From: Neophaeotheca triangularis
Taxonomy: Eukaryota
Direction of reading: 5' to 3'
Length of the DNA stretch: 64,000 bases
Assembly (NCBI GenBank): GCA_054600435.1
Contig: BAAIJX010000006.1
Span: 372,001 to 436,000, forward strand
Part shown: one piece after another, positions 53,601 to 64,000 of the stretch
How positions within the stretch are numbered: the first letter of the stretch is position 1
Layout of the letters: the number at the start of each line of letters is the position of its first letter
Notes under the pieces: model-generated
What the model was told of the DNA's origin: nothing
The model's database searches: none
Seen by the model: only the letters and a program-made list of their open reading frames with translations
Program-made: the position numbers and the translations under genes

Positions 53601-53974
53601 CCTCCCTAACATACCGAGACTGGTCGGAACGACAAGTGTCCGAATGAGCACCAAGTAGAAGTCTCTACATTGCGAAAAACAGCGCAATCACATAACGTCG
53701 TCAATGATGATTGCCTCGAAACACTCGATTCACGCTCAGGGATCTTGTCTCGTCAGCGCAAACTCCTCGACCTTGAACGATCTTGCCCCGTCGCTCAACC
53801 CATTCTTGTCTCGGGCCTCCTCCGAACGTTCTGGTCTTTTCCAACCTCTTCAGGCGCTCTGATCCGACCCCTTGTGTCATACCGCTGTCGGCATCCGCTG
53901 GACAGCTCTGCGAGAAGTTCCAACTGTCGACTCCCACTGCCTTACCAAATGCAGGTATCGGACAGTACACTCAT

Positions 53975-55626
53975 TCATTCCCTCTTCCTGAACTCCACCA
54001 TGGGCCCATCTTTTGTAGCAGTAAAGGTGTCTTTCAACTGCAGCTCGCCAGGCCTATGCCGCCCAAACTCGAGCAAATCGGGGGATCCCTCACCCAGCAG
54101 ACTGCCTGGTGCGAGACGCATGTCGTAGGTCCAGACGGCGCGGGCGAGAGCGGTCGAGAGCTCAACGTAGGCCATGCCTGTGATAAACATGTTAGCCGGA
54201 AGTGCATTCGTGGAGCATCGAATCAGGATCGTCACACACCTTTGCCAATGCAGCCTCTGCTGCCGATGCTGAAAGCGCAGAACGCAGCGTGTGCGGCACT
54301 GACGCTAGCGGCGTCGACGCCAGGCTCAGAGCCCGCAATCCACCGCTCAGGCTGGTACTGGAAGGACTGCGGATAGTAGTCGTCGTTGTGGTGAATAACG
54401 TAGTGTGGTACTCCAACAACGGTGCCAGCGGGGACTGGAAGACCATCAATCTCCATGCCACCTGCCAAGACTTCTCGGGGAAGGATGCCAGGAACTGGAG
54501 GCGACATACGCATGCCTTCATCCAGGCAGGCTCGCAAATATGGTAAACTGGAGAGCGTAGGGCCCATACGGATGTCTTCAGCGTCGGTGAAGGCATTACG
54601 GACCTCCTCCGTCAGCTTAGCGAGAGTGCGTGGGTTGTGAAGCAGGTAGAAGAAAGTAGCTGTGAGGGCTGTGGAGGTGGTATCGGATCCCGCGATGATG
54701 AGGAGGTTGCTTTCGCCCCAGAGCTCGGCCGTGCTAAATCCTTTGCCCGTTTCCGGGTCCTTGGCTTTGAGAAGATGGTAGAAGAAATCGTGGCGGTCGA
54801 CCTCGAGACCCGCTTGAGTCCGCTCAGCAGCTTGCGCCTTGCTGTATTGCATGTATCGCTGGCGTTTTGCGGCAATTTTGCGGAAAAGAACGCGGTCGAG
54901 GTGCCATTCGTGGATAGGAAGGAATGATCCACAGATCAAATGGCGGTGTGCGGCAGAGCTGACCAAGTCGATAGCAAAGCGGTTTTCGGGGTGTGATTCG
55001 AGCATACCAAAGGCTTTGCCAAAGCAAAGAGAGCCCATGATGTCAAACGTCAGATAGTTGGCTTGATCCGATAGGTTCTTTGGAGAGGTCCAACCCTTTT
55101 CCGACGGCGTTCCAGACGACATTCCAAGCTTGTCGCAGAATGTCCGTACTTCGCTGATGATGTACTTTTCCATTGATCGTATGGCGTTGTCTGAGAAGGC
55201 CTGCGAAAGTACTCTGCGTTTGCGAGCATGGCTGAGTTTATCAATTGAGCTGTGTGTGCTGTAGGCATCTTTAGTTGACGGGAAAGCAGAGTAGAAGTCC
55301 GATTTGCGAGCGTTCGACTTGTGGCCGTAGACATCTTTCAGCGCTGTCGCGGAATTGATTGAGAGCTTGTTCGGTCCCCATCTCACAACCTTTCCGTACT
55401 TCTCGTGACAACGCCAGAACTCGAGGTGTCTGTCGCCCTTCCAGGCATGGTACGTGAAGTACAGATCCGTGATTTTTGCGAGCGGCGGACCGGGGTACTG
55501 AGCTAGAGGGTGAAAGTAGAACCGATATACCGCTACCCCGACGATGTAAGCTATCGAGGCTAAGAGAGGGAGAACAAGTAGGAACGTGACGCGCGGTGCC
55601 GCCCCAAAATGTGTGAGAAAGTCCAT
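53975..55626 (-). CDS. Cytochrome P450 (benzoate 4-monooxygenase-like annotation class, CYP548-like)
   Basis: N-terminal TM + HPLAQYPGP, I-helix AGSDTT, DEGMR (ExxR), PERW, heme motif FSIGSRGCIG; intron ~54178-54239. Confidence 0.94.
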
Positions 55627-55972
55627 AACTGGCAGTGATGGAACAGGACTGACAGCTTGAGAAACCTACTGAGCTCGAAGACGTGATACCTTTGTCTACC
55701 TCTTATTATTATAGCGAGCTTCGGCTTATGCGAGTCGACAATGCTTAAAGATGGTCACGGGCTGACAATGGCACAAGTCCAAGAGGGCATGTCGTCGGCT
55801 TGTCAAGGCTGTCTTCGGTCTAAGAGGGCGCTGGCGATGCTCGTCTGCTACATGTGGATCGTAACTATGTCAGCTATGGGACCTGGGAGACATTCATGAA
55901 TAAGGTAGGTACGTAGCGGGTACCTGGTAAGAGATTTCAGAACCGCCTTGTAAGTTGTAGGTACCCTCGACA

Positions 55973-55995
55973 CGAGACGAGACGAGACGAGACGA
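55973..55995. repeat. (CGAGA)n pentanucleotide microsatellite
   Basis: cgagacgagacgagacgagacga. Confidence 0.85.
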
Positions 55996-56521
55996 TTCCA
56001 GCTTCTCAGTTGTTCGACATGTCTGTTGCGTTTGTTGTTGGGCCGAGGTCGTACATGTCCGGCCTTGGCATTGGTAGTATACCTACGCTAAACCGGAAGG
56101 GAATCTCTCCAGGCGACTTCACGTCAACTCCGAACCAGCCCTCCCCCGTTTCACCATTCCTCATCGCGGAAGAACCACAGAACTTGGGCATAGCATCTTC
56201 CGTACCCCAAGCAACAGAGAAAAGGAGTTTCCGACAACACTGTCTCGCCAAAGGATCTTACCTATCCAAACCCTGCCGCAGTCAACACCGTCATGGCTAC
56301 TCTCCCGTTCGCAGAAAGAACGATCATCTGGGCGAGTTCCCCAGCTCTCGAAGAACTTCGATATCTGTTTAATCTTCAAGAGGCCTTGAGTCTGAATTCG
56401 TAGAATACGTAAGAAAGCTACTCTCTGTAAGGACTGGCTCGGGTCAGCTGTATTTGCACTGCTCCTATCATCTTCGCTCCATCTCGAAAGATCTCTCCAA
56501 AAGCGACGCTCAACTCTTCCA

Positions 56522-57121
56522 TCACAACGCATATTCCTCGAACTCGGCCATGTCGGCGGCAGTGGTTGCTCCTTCGTCCATCTTCTTGTACATGGCCAAC
56601 GTAATCTCGCGAGGGACGTCACCATTGATCGCGAACTTGGAACCGTCGGCAATCTGGGCGACGTCCGGCAACACGCAATCGCCGTTGCCTGCATCCTCCC
56701 CACGGCGCACCTTCATACCGGTGTCAATGTCCCAAGTCGCACCTGTGATGCCCCCAAGCTCCCGTCTGGAATTGAGACAAACTGGGCTGTTCGCGAACTC
56801 TAGCACTTGGCCACAGCTGCTCGAACTGCGGCTCGGCGCCCAGATGAAGCCAGTGTCGCTCGACCTGAGTCCTGTATAACGAACCGAGGAGTATCTGTTT
56901 TGATTGTTAGTGCCCCAATCGTTTTCCGACTGCCGCTCTCTGGGCTGGTTGATCTTGAACCTTTGAGCCGGGTCACCACAGCATGCGGTCGGAGGAGCGC
57001 CAGTGCAAATAAGTGCACGGCTGATTCCGTCAAGGCACTCGAAATTGTTCCCAGTGAAGAGCGTAAGGTCGACTGCAGCTGCAGAAGCAGCCAAGCTCAA
57101 GAGTATCGTTTTGGCGAACAT
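56522..57121 (-). CDS. Small secreted cysteine-rich protein (effector candidate)
   Basis: Signal peptide MFAKTILLSLAASAAA starting at ATG 57121; 7 Cys including a CC pair; probable in-frame 66-nt intron 56895-56960. Confidence 0.8.
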   Translation of the reverse strand: MFAKTILLSLAASAAAVDLTLFTGNNFECLDGISRALICTGAPPTACCGDPAQRFKINQPRERQSENDWGTNNQNRYSSVRYTGLRSSDTGFIWAPSRSSSSCGQVLEFANSPVCLNSRRELGGITGATWDIDTGMKVRRGEDAGNGDCVLPDVAQIADGSKFAINGDVPREITLAMYKKMDEGATTAADMAEFEEYAL

Positions 57122-60025
57122 CGTTGTGGAAAAGCTGAAGAGTTGTCGTCTTTGAAGGCGGTCGTTGGATAGCAGCTGGATGGTGGTTGGATGGTAGGCA
57201 GTTGTGACCTGGGAAAGCAGGAAGTGGAATCGGACGTCCCTTTTATGTCGTGCCTTCACAGTCAGTCAGACTGATTCTCGCCCAGCCACACATCACCTTG
57301 CGCCGAGGCAAATGGTCGCTCGGTTACAGATGCATTAAAGCGACGTGCTGCGGGATACTCTTGGGACTGGGATAAATTCATGCTCATGCAAAGCATGTCT
57401 AGTGCCATCCTTCGGAAAAGAATTGCGGTAAGTTGACCTCCGATGTCCAAGGAGAGTTTGACACGCCAAGATCTATGACCAGTAGCTCGCACGAACTCAG
57501 TCGCAGAGCAACCATGACATAGGCGGGGGAAGCAGCATAGGTTTTTTGAAGTTGCAGATACCGCTTGAAAAGGTTCGAAGCTCAGGTTCTACCATTGCAA
57601 GCCTCATTTCGCCATTGCTACCTGGAACAACGCAACCGCTTCGTCAAGCATGCTTCTGGACCTTGTCTCATTACTTTACGCTGAGCGTGTGGAACTTGTC
57701 AGCATCATCTGGCATGCGCGAGCTTGACTTAAACCTGCATGCTGACCACTCGAACCTACCCCGGGACGGATTGGGGCATCTATGCCGGCTTGTAGCCGAC
57801 TTGTACTTGTTATTTCCACCAGCTGCAGGGTGCGCTGCGAGGTAGTGCAGCAAAGTTGAGTGCTAGGGGGAGTTTAGGTACGGCTGTCACAAGCATGCCA
57901 CGATCGCTTCATATGCAGTACAAGCTAGCACCATTGTACTTCATTTGGCAGCTATTGACTACTAAGCTGGAGACGCGATAGGTGATATCATCGTATTTTG
58001 CTTTCCGCTCTGCTCGAGAGGAATAAGGAAGATATGCTATGATCGTTGAAAAGAATCCTGACACGAAATCTCTACATTGAATTTACAGCGACATCCGACC
58101 AGACGAGCTAACTCACTGTCGGTTGTGAGATTTAGAGTAATAAGAATGTAGATAAGGTAGCAGGCTATTCGCGAACGGCCTTGTGCCGCCACTTGCGCCA
58201 GCCCCGCGTGCCTCCAAACTTTCAACAACGACCGTGTCACCGTGTCCGTGTATTTGGTTCCAACGCTCAAGGTAGCCGATGGTTGGAAAGGGGCTTCGAT
58301 CTTCACCTTATCGCTGAAACACTTGCGTCAATCATTTAGTGAAAGCAAATCACACGTCCGGACGTAGAGATGCCTAGGTAAACCCTTTGAAGATGGAAGC
58401 TTCAGAAGGTCTCTCACCCGTCCTAGTCTCTAGTGGAGTTGTGACCAAGTGGGATAGGACAATAGGGGCGGAGGACAAGCATAATGTCACTCAAAAGCTT
58501 GATGCGCTTGCAACATTGTGAGCCGGTTGACAGACACCTAGGGTCCAGCAATTTGCGCCAGTAGCGAAACCCATCACGCTACAGAACCACCAGCCATCCA
58601 AACTCAATGCATCCCTCACAGAAGCTTGTGCAAGCCACAATAATGTCAAAACGTGCTCTGCAGCGCTAGGAGTTCAAGCCATGACAGCTCGTCCAGGCAC
58701 CACCACGCACCTCCTCGGAATCCTGCACAAACTCTCGTCGGAATGTTAGTAATGTATTGAGCTGTTAATGGGTCCTAGGCTCGTGGGAATAAAACCATCC
58801 ACCTAGAACCTGCAACTAAGTATTGAACCAAGAAGCTCCCATGCATGTACGACAGTACACTACCCACCGTTTCTCACGATCCAATGCCTAAGAGTGCGGA
58901 GTCAAGGTCTCGACGGGCAATTTGAAGCGACAGACTTACTCCCGGCATGCCGTTTTCAATTCACCGTCGAAAGAATCCATTCCGACAACTCGGTACAGTG
59001 TCGAGCAGATGGAGAAACCAATCCAAGTGCATGACCTCGTGCGGAGCTATTACTCTCGAGGGCGGCCAACTAGCCAATGGACGACAATTGCGGTTTGGAA
59101 ACTGCCCAGGCTTCAATCCTTCGAAACTCGGGCCATTGCAGAAAGCCATCGTGCGTCATGGGTTTGGTTCAACTCATGCATATCGAGAATAGACGATCAA
59201 CTTGGCCGACCACTGGGGCGGGTCTGAAACTAGAAGCTGGGGACATCTTCAACCTTGACGAGAGAGGACGCAATCCTGGCCGGAGATGCAACGGAGCTGC
59301 CACGATACCCCCTCACGGAGTTAAAGCCTTATGCGCAGAAGGTTGGGATGATTCGATCAGGGCCGGCCAAGGTATGCTTGCGTTGAGAACTGGAAACTCG
59401 ACGCCATCGAAGTCCTGGGAGCTGCGAGCGAGCCCAGGACGGACCACCGTCTCCTCCATCAAGTACCATCAAGTCAACGTCAGCAGTCCCGAGGATGTGT
59501 CCGCCCAACTGCTCCCCGATACCCAACTGACAGCAGTGGGCAGACGGATCACGGCCAAGCGAGCACCCACAGCGTACGCTTGAGCCCCCAGCTCTCGCCG
59601 CTCGACCAGCGACGGCGATACAGTCTGAACTACCAAAGCCATTGAGAATTCCCACGACGGCAGTAATCAGACTCCACCCAGCCAGTCACAACGATCGAAA
59701 ATCTCCCCAAACAGCACCAAAAGCTCCTTGCAACCCCCCCGAACTCTACCATTACATCAAAAGATTCAAAACCCGGCAAATTACCCGCAATGTCATCAAA
59801 CCCAACCGGTCTGTCATGCCAAGTAAGGAAGCCCCCATAATACTCACATCCGACCTCCAACAAAACCATACCAACCGCCTGCAAACGAAAACCCCAGGGA
59901 GGTCCGACCCGTTTATAAATGCATCCGTCCATCCATCCAACAGCAGAGCAAACCACGGCAACCACCAACTTAATGGGGTCTACCCCAACCAAACAACAGC
60001 ATCAAACCACGACCGCCGCCCACAT

Positions 60026-60820
60026 TCAAACAATCTCACTCTCCCTCCACACCTCCCCCACAACCCCAGCAATCTCCTCCTCAAACCCAATCATGGCACA
60101 ATGCCCGCCCTCACAATACCTCACCCTCGCCCTCTCCCCGAGCCCCTTGGCCATGGCCTCCTGCGCCTCGGCCGGAAAAACGCGATCGCCCTTACAAACG
60201 ACATACGTCGCGCCTAGCGCGCCCCTCTCCAGAGCAGCCGGATACGGCACCTGGGGCACAACCTCACAACACACGCTCATGGGACAAAACACGGTGCGAG
60301 CCAGCCAGCGATCCTGCTCCTCGGGCCGAAGCGACAGGTGCGAATAAAAAGCGTCGCGAGGGTCCTTCATGGCCTGCGTGCCGGTCGCGTCGTCGACGTC
60401 GATCCAAGGCGGGGGCCCGTTGTGCCAGGGCGCGTACGCGCTGCTGCCGGCCGGGATCACGAAGCCCGCGAAGTAGACGAGGTGGATGACGCCGCCGGGG
60501 CCGTGGCCGGCGGCGAGCCGGTCGGTTTGTATGAGGTCCCGGCTGCAGGCTGCGCTGCCGACGATGCTGCCGTAGCTGTGCATGAGTAGGATTATGGGGT
60601 GGCCGGCGGTTGTTAGGGTTGTGAGGGCGTCGTTGATGGTTGCGATGTCGGTGGCTAGGGTTGCCGTCGGGGGGAGTGGGAGGGTTGGGGTTTGGGAGGG
60701 GAGTTGTGGGCAGGTTACTAGGAAGTTTTGGTTTTGGAGTGAGTGGATTAGGGGCGCGTAGTGGGCGGGTGTGTGCCAGGCGCCGTGGACTAGGACGACG
60801 GCGGGTTGGGGGGCGGTCAT
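60026..60820 (-). CDS. Alpha/beta-fold hydrolase (Abhydrolase_6, methylesterase-like)
   Basis: VLVHGAWH, nucleophile elbow MHSYGS, candidate Asp in KGDRV and His in GGHCAM; intronless, 264 aa. Confidence 0.9.
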   Translation of the reverse strand: MTAPQPAVVLVHGAWHTPAHYAPLIHSLQNQNFLVTCPQLPSQTPTLPLPPTATLATDIATINDALTTLTTAGHPIILLMHSYGSIVGSAACSRDLIQTDRLAAGHGPGGVIHLVYFAGFVIPAGSSAYAPWHNGPPPWIDVDDATGTQAMKDPRDAFYSHLSLRPEEQDRWLARTVFCPMSVCCEVVPQVPYPAALERGALGATYVVCKGDRVFPAEAQEAMAKGLGERARVRYCEGGHCAMIGFEEEIAGVVGEVWRESEIV

Positions 60821-61829
60821 GTTTGTTTTGGGGTTTTGTTTGGTTTTGGGCTTTTCTTTGGGGGTTTAGAGGGAGAGGCTTCTGTAGTTTGGGCTTGGGT
60901 GTGTTGTCGGGATGTGAGTGTTGGTTGTTGTACGCGGTTCTGCCTGGGTCTCGGAATAGGCTGGTCGATGGTCCAGTTGATGCGAGCGAGGTAGTAGTGT
61001 CTTCTGTCTTGTTTGTAGAGAGTGCGTGATGTGAAGCAAAGTCAGTCACAGTAGGTAGTGGTGCTCTCCACGATTCCATTGCTAGAAGTGGGGCTTGTTC
61101 AGTGTGGAACTGGCTCGAAAGCTGGAACGCCGGCTTAAGAGTCTTTTTCGGACTTGGAGGGACATCGGCCTCGTTCCCGGGCCCGTCAATTGCTTCTATA
61201 TACCTTATTATATACCTAGGTAGGTTTTGACGCTGTCTTGGATTGTGTCGTGTCGATTTACACAACTACTAGTAGTTCACTAAACACCCGACTGTTACAG
61301 ACTGCAAGCTTGGCTAGCGTGTAACAAAGAGAGCATATAAGGATTGTATAGATTGTCTGGTACGTACTATGTAGAGGTATGGACATGGAAGCCGTCTAGA
61401 CTGGCCGGCCTCTCACACACCCTACAGCGGCCTCCCCAACATTGAATGAAGATCTTTGACCGGAATCGGCAATTCGACGCTAAGAATGAGGTCTACCAAT
61501 GGACGAGAAAGAGCACTATTACTTACCTCATTATTGCCTAGGTATAACTTATAGTACATAGGTATGATTTGGGCAGCGGCTTTGCTTGTCAGCCTCATGT
61601 ACTCTTCTCGCGTAGATAGAGTCAGCTTCTAACAGGCAGAAGGTAAGACGTTACTTGGTTACTTACCTACCTGACGTAGGTAACATGAACGGTCCTATCA
61701 GATTTTGTCTGTACCGGTGCAACGGTAGCAACCTATAGGCTGATTTGAGCCCTTTTTTCTTTCCCTTTCTATCTCTCTCTCCGTGACTTGGAAGTAATGT
61801 TAGATCAGCTGAGGGAGTAGGTAGTAAGT

Positions 61830-61866
<37 letters not shown>
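61830..61866. repeat. (TAG)n microsatellite
   Basis: About 12 TAG units. Confidence 0.9.
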
Positions 61867-61867
<1 letters not shown>

Positions 61868-62372
61868 TGTCTCTCTGTGTTACTATCTTCCTGACAATAA
61901 CCTAGCCATCGTGACCTGACCTGCCCCGCCCTACTTCCACATTCATCACTACCCAAGGTACTTGTAGTTTGTAGGGCGGTTGTGGTCTGAATCTTGTCGT
62001 CTGGTGATGTTGTCTTTGTCAAGAGTGGTTCTGTTGTCACGTATGTAGGTAAAATTACTAGGTAACAGGCAAATACCACTTAACTAGTTAAGTTAAGACT
62101 TATTATTAGGTACCCTTACTGTCTGCCTTTCCCCACTTTGACACCTTGACTCCTTTCCCCCATTCGTCCAAATCTCTCATCAGTCTCAGCACCCACCTGC
62201 AACCTACCTGCTCCGTGCTAGTACTTACCTTACTTACACCTGAGGTACCTACTGTATGTACCTTACCACTTCCATCCGCCAAGCCAAGCCTTACCGCCTG
62301 CTACCTCCACTAGCACTAGTCACCTTAGCTTCTGCAGCCTGAGGTGCACACTGAGACACTGCACGCTGCTTG

Positions 62373-62403
<31 letters not shown>

Positions 62404-62421
62404 CTCAAGCCCTTCCCTTCC
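62373..62421. repeat. (CT)n plus (CCCTT)n pyrimidine tract upstream of the CK1 gene
   Basis: About 14 CT units followed by CCCTT repeats; (CAC)n also at ~62565-62589. Confidence 0.85.
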
Positions 62422-62745
62422 CTTCCCTTCCCGCTGACCTGGCACTAACTTTACACTCTCCTCAGTCTCGCCGCCGCTGCACCAAACAACACAACCACCC
62501 CCCCCCTTCCGACTTCATCACGAACCACTTCACACCCCTCTCCGACACAACAACTCCACCACAACACCACCACCACCACCACCACCACCCGCGATAATAC
62601 ACCTCACAACCTCGCCTGCCTCCCGTCCCACCTCCTCTCACATCCCGCCAACAGCCTGCAGCTTACCGCCAGCATCGATACTGGGTAGACTCAGGCAACT
62701 TCATCCCCAACAAACAAACCCTCTTCGCTGAGGTCCCACCGTGCA

Positions 62746-64000
62746 ATGACGACCATGGTACGCCGCCAGCCTCACCCTCACCCTCACCCTCACCCTCACC
62801 GCCCTGCCTCATCCACCGCCCGGGTGGCAGTGCATGTCCGTCCCGGTTCAAAGGCTTCATTGCTAACACAGGCACAGGACCTCCGTGTGGGGAACAAGTA
62901 CAGAATCGGCCGCAAAATTGGCAGTGGCTCGTTCGGCGACATCTACCTGGGTATGTAAAAGAGCGCGGAGACAAAAACACAGACAACGGACACCCTCTAA
63001 CACATCCCTTCTTAGGCACTAACATCATCTCCGGCGAGGAGATCGCCATCAAGCTTGAGTCGGTCAAGGCCAAGCACCCTCAGCTCGAATATGAGGCTCG
63101 CGTCTACAAATCCCTCGCCGGCGGCGTCGGTATCCCCTTTGTGAGATGGTTTGGAACAGAGTGTGACTACAACGCCATGGTGCTCGACCTGCTCGGCCCC
63201 TCGCTCGAGGACCTCTTCAATTTCTGCAACCGCAAATTCTCCCTCAAGACGGTGCTGCTGCTCGCCGATCAACTCATCTCCCGCATCGAGTACATCCACG
63301 CCAAATCCTTCATCCACCGCGACATCAAACCCGACAACTTCTTGATGGGCATCGGCAAGCGAGGCAACCAGGTCAATGTCATCGACTTTGGTCTCGCCAA
63401 GAAGTACAGGGACCCAAAGACGCACTTCCACATTCCGTACCGCGAGAACAAGAACCTGACGGGTACCGCGCGTTATGCCTCGATCAACACGCACCTGGGA
63501 GTTGGTAAGTTCATGTTCTTCAGTCCGGCAGTCTAACCATTGCAGCACACTAACATCACTTCCAGAGCAATCCCGCCGTGATGACATGGAGTCCCTCGGC
63601 TACGTGATGCTCTACTTCTGCCGCGGCTCGCTCCCGTGGCAAGGCCTTAAGGCTGCCACGAAGAAGCAAAAGTACGACCGCATCATGGAGAAGAAGATGA
63701 CGACCCCCACCGAAGTCCTCTGCCGTGGCTTCCCCAACGAGTTTGCCATCTACCTCAACTACACCCGCAGTCTCCGCTTCGATGACAAGCCCGACTACTC
63801 CTACCTGCGCAAAATCTTCCGCGACCTCTTCGTCCGTGAAGGCTTCCAGTACGACTACGTGTTCGACTGGACCGTTTACAAATACCAGAAGAACGCCCAA
63901 GCCATTGCTCAGGCCCAGGGTCAGCAAGCCGATGCCGCCGAGACGGAAGAGAAGCCCGGCCGTGGCACGACCCGTCTGGCGACCGCCGGCAACACCGCCG
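62746..64000 (+). CDS. HRR25: Casein kinase I (Hrr25/Hhp1 orthologue), 3' end beyond the window
   Basis: 12-nt first coding exon MTTM, then [62 protein letters not shown]; introns 62758-62877, ~62951-63015 and ~63505-63565. Confidence 0.97.

Noticed and set aside
60264..61265. 333-aa Arg/Pro-rich minus-strand ORF
   Set aside because: An alternative frame overlapping the alpha/beta-hydrolase and its leader.
1..64000. Transposons, rRNA, CRISPR arrays, snoRNAs, PKS/NRPS
   Set aside because: No transposase or RT motifs, terminal repeats, regular repeat-spacer arrays or backbone-enzyme domains were seen. Small ncRNAs could be missed without a covariance-model search.

Overview
Eukaryotic, intron-rich DNA from a filamentous ascomycete (Pezizomycotina), with short GT-AG introns and CTAAC/CTGAC branch points. 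I can support about 20 protein-coding genes, one tRNA-Gly(TCC) and one clear pseudogene. The first ~35 kb is mostly conserved housekeeping and signalling genes: PFA5, SHO1, a sterol glucosyltransferase, a PKA catalytic subunit, VMA11, ROM2, a P4-ATPase, NIPSNAP, a HAD hydrolase, ADE1 and an SDR. The 35-62 kb part is gene-sparser and looks more accessory: a divergent RRM protein, an OPT transporter, a GH3 beta-glucosidase, a GPI protein, a P450, a small secreted Cys-rich protein and an alpha/beta-hydrolase. The window ends in casein kinase I. I found no intact transposon, rRNA, CRISPR array or secondary-metabolite backbone gene, and I cannot claim a new biological system. The best leads are a decayed heme-thiolate peroxygenase gene, a 93-codon coding-like in-frame extension behind the ROM2 stop codon, a divergent Rim4-like RRM gene missed by the ORF track, an effector-like protein with an in-frame weak-donor intron, and a GC-AG intron. 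Exon boundaries were read by eye and family calls rest on recognised motifs, not on database searches.
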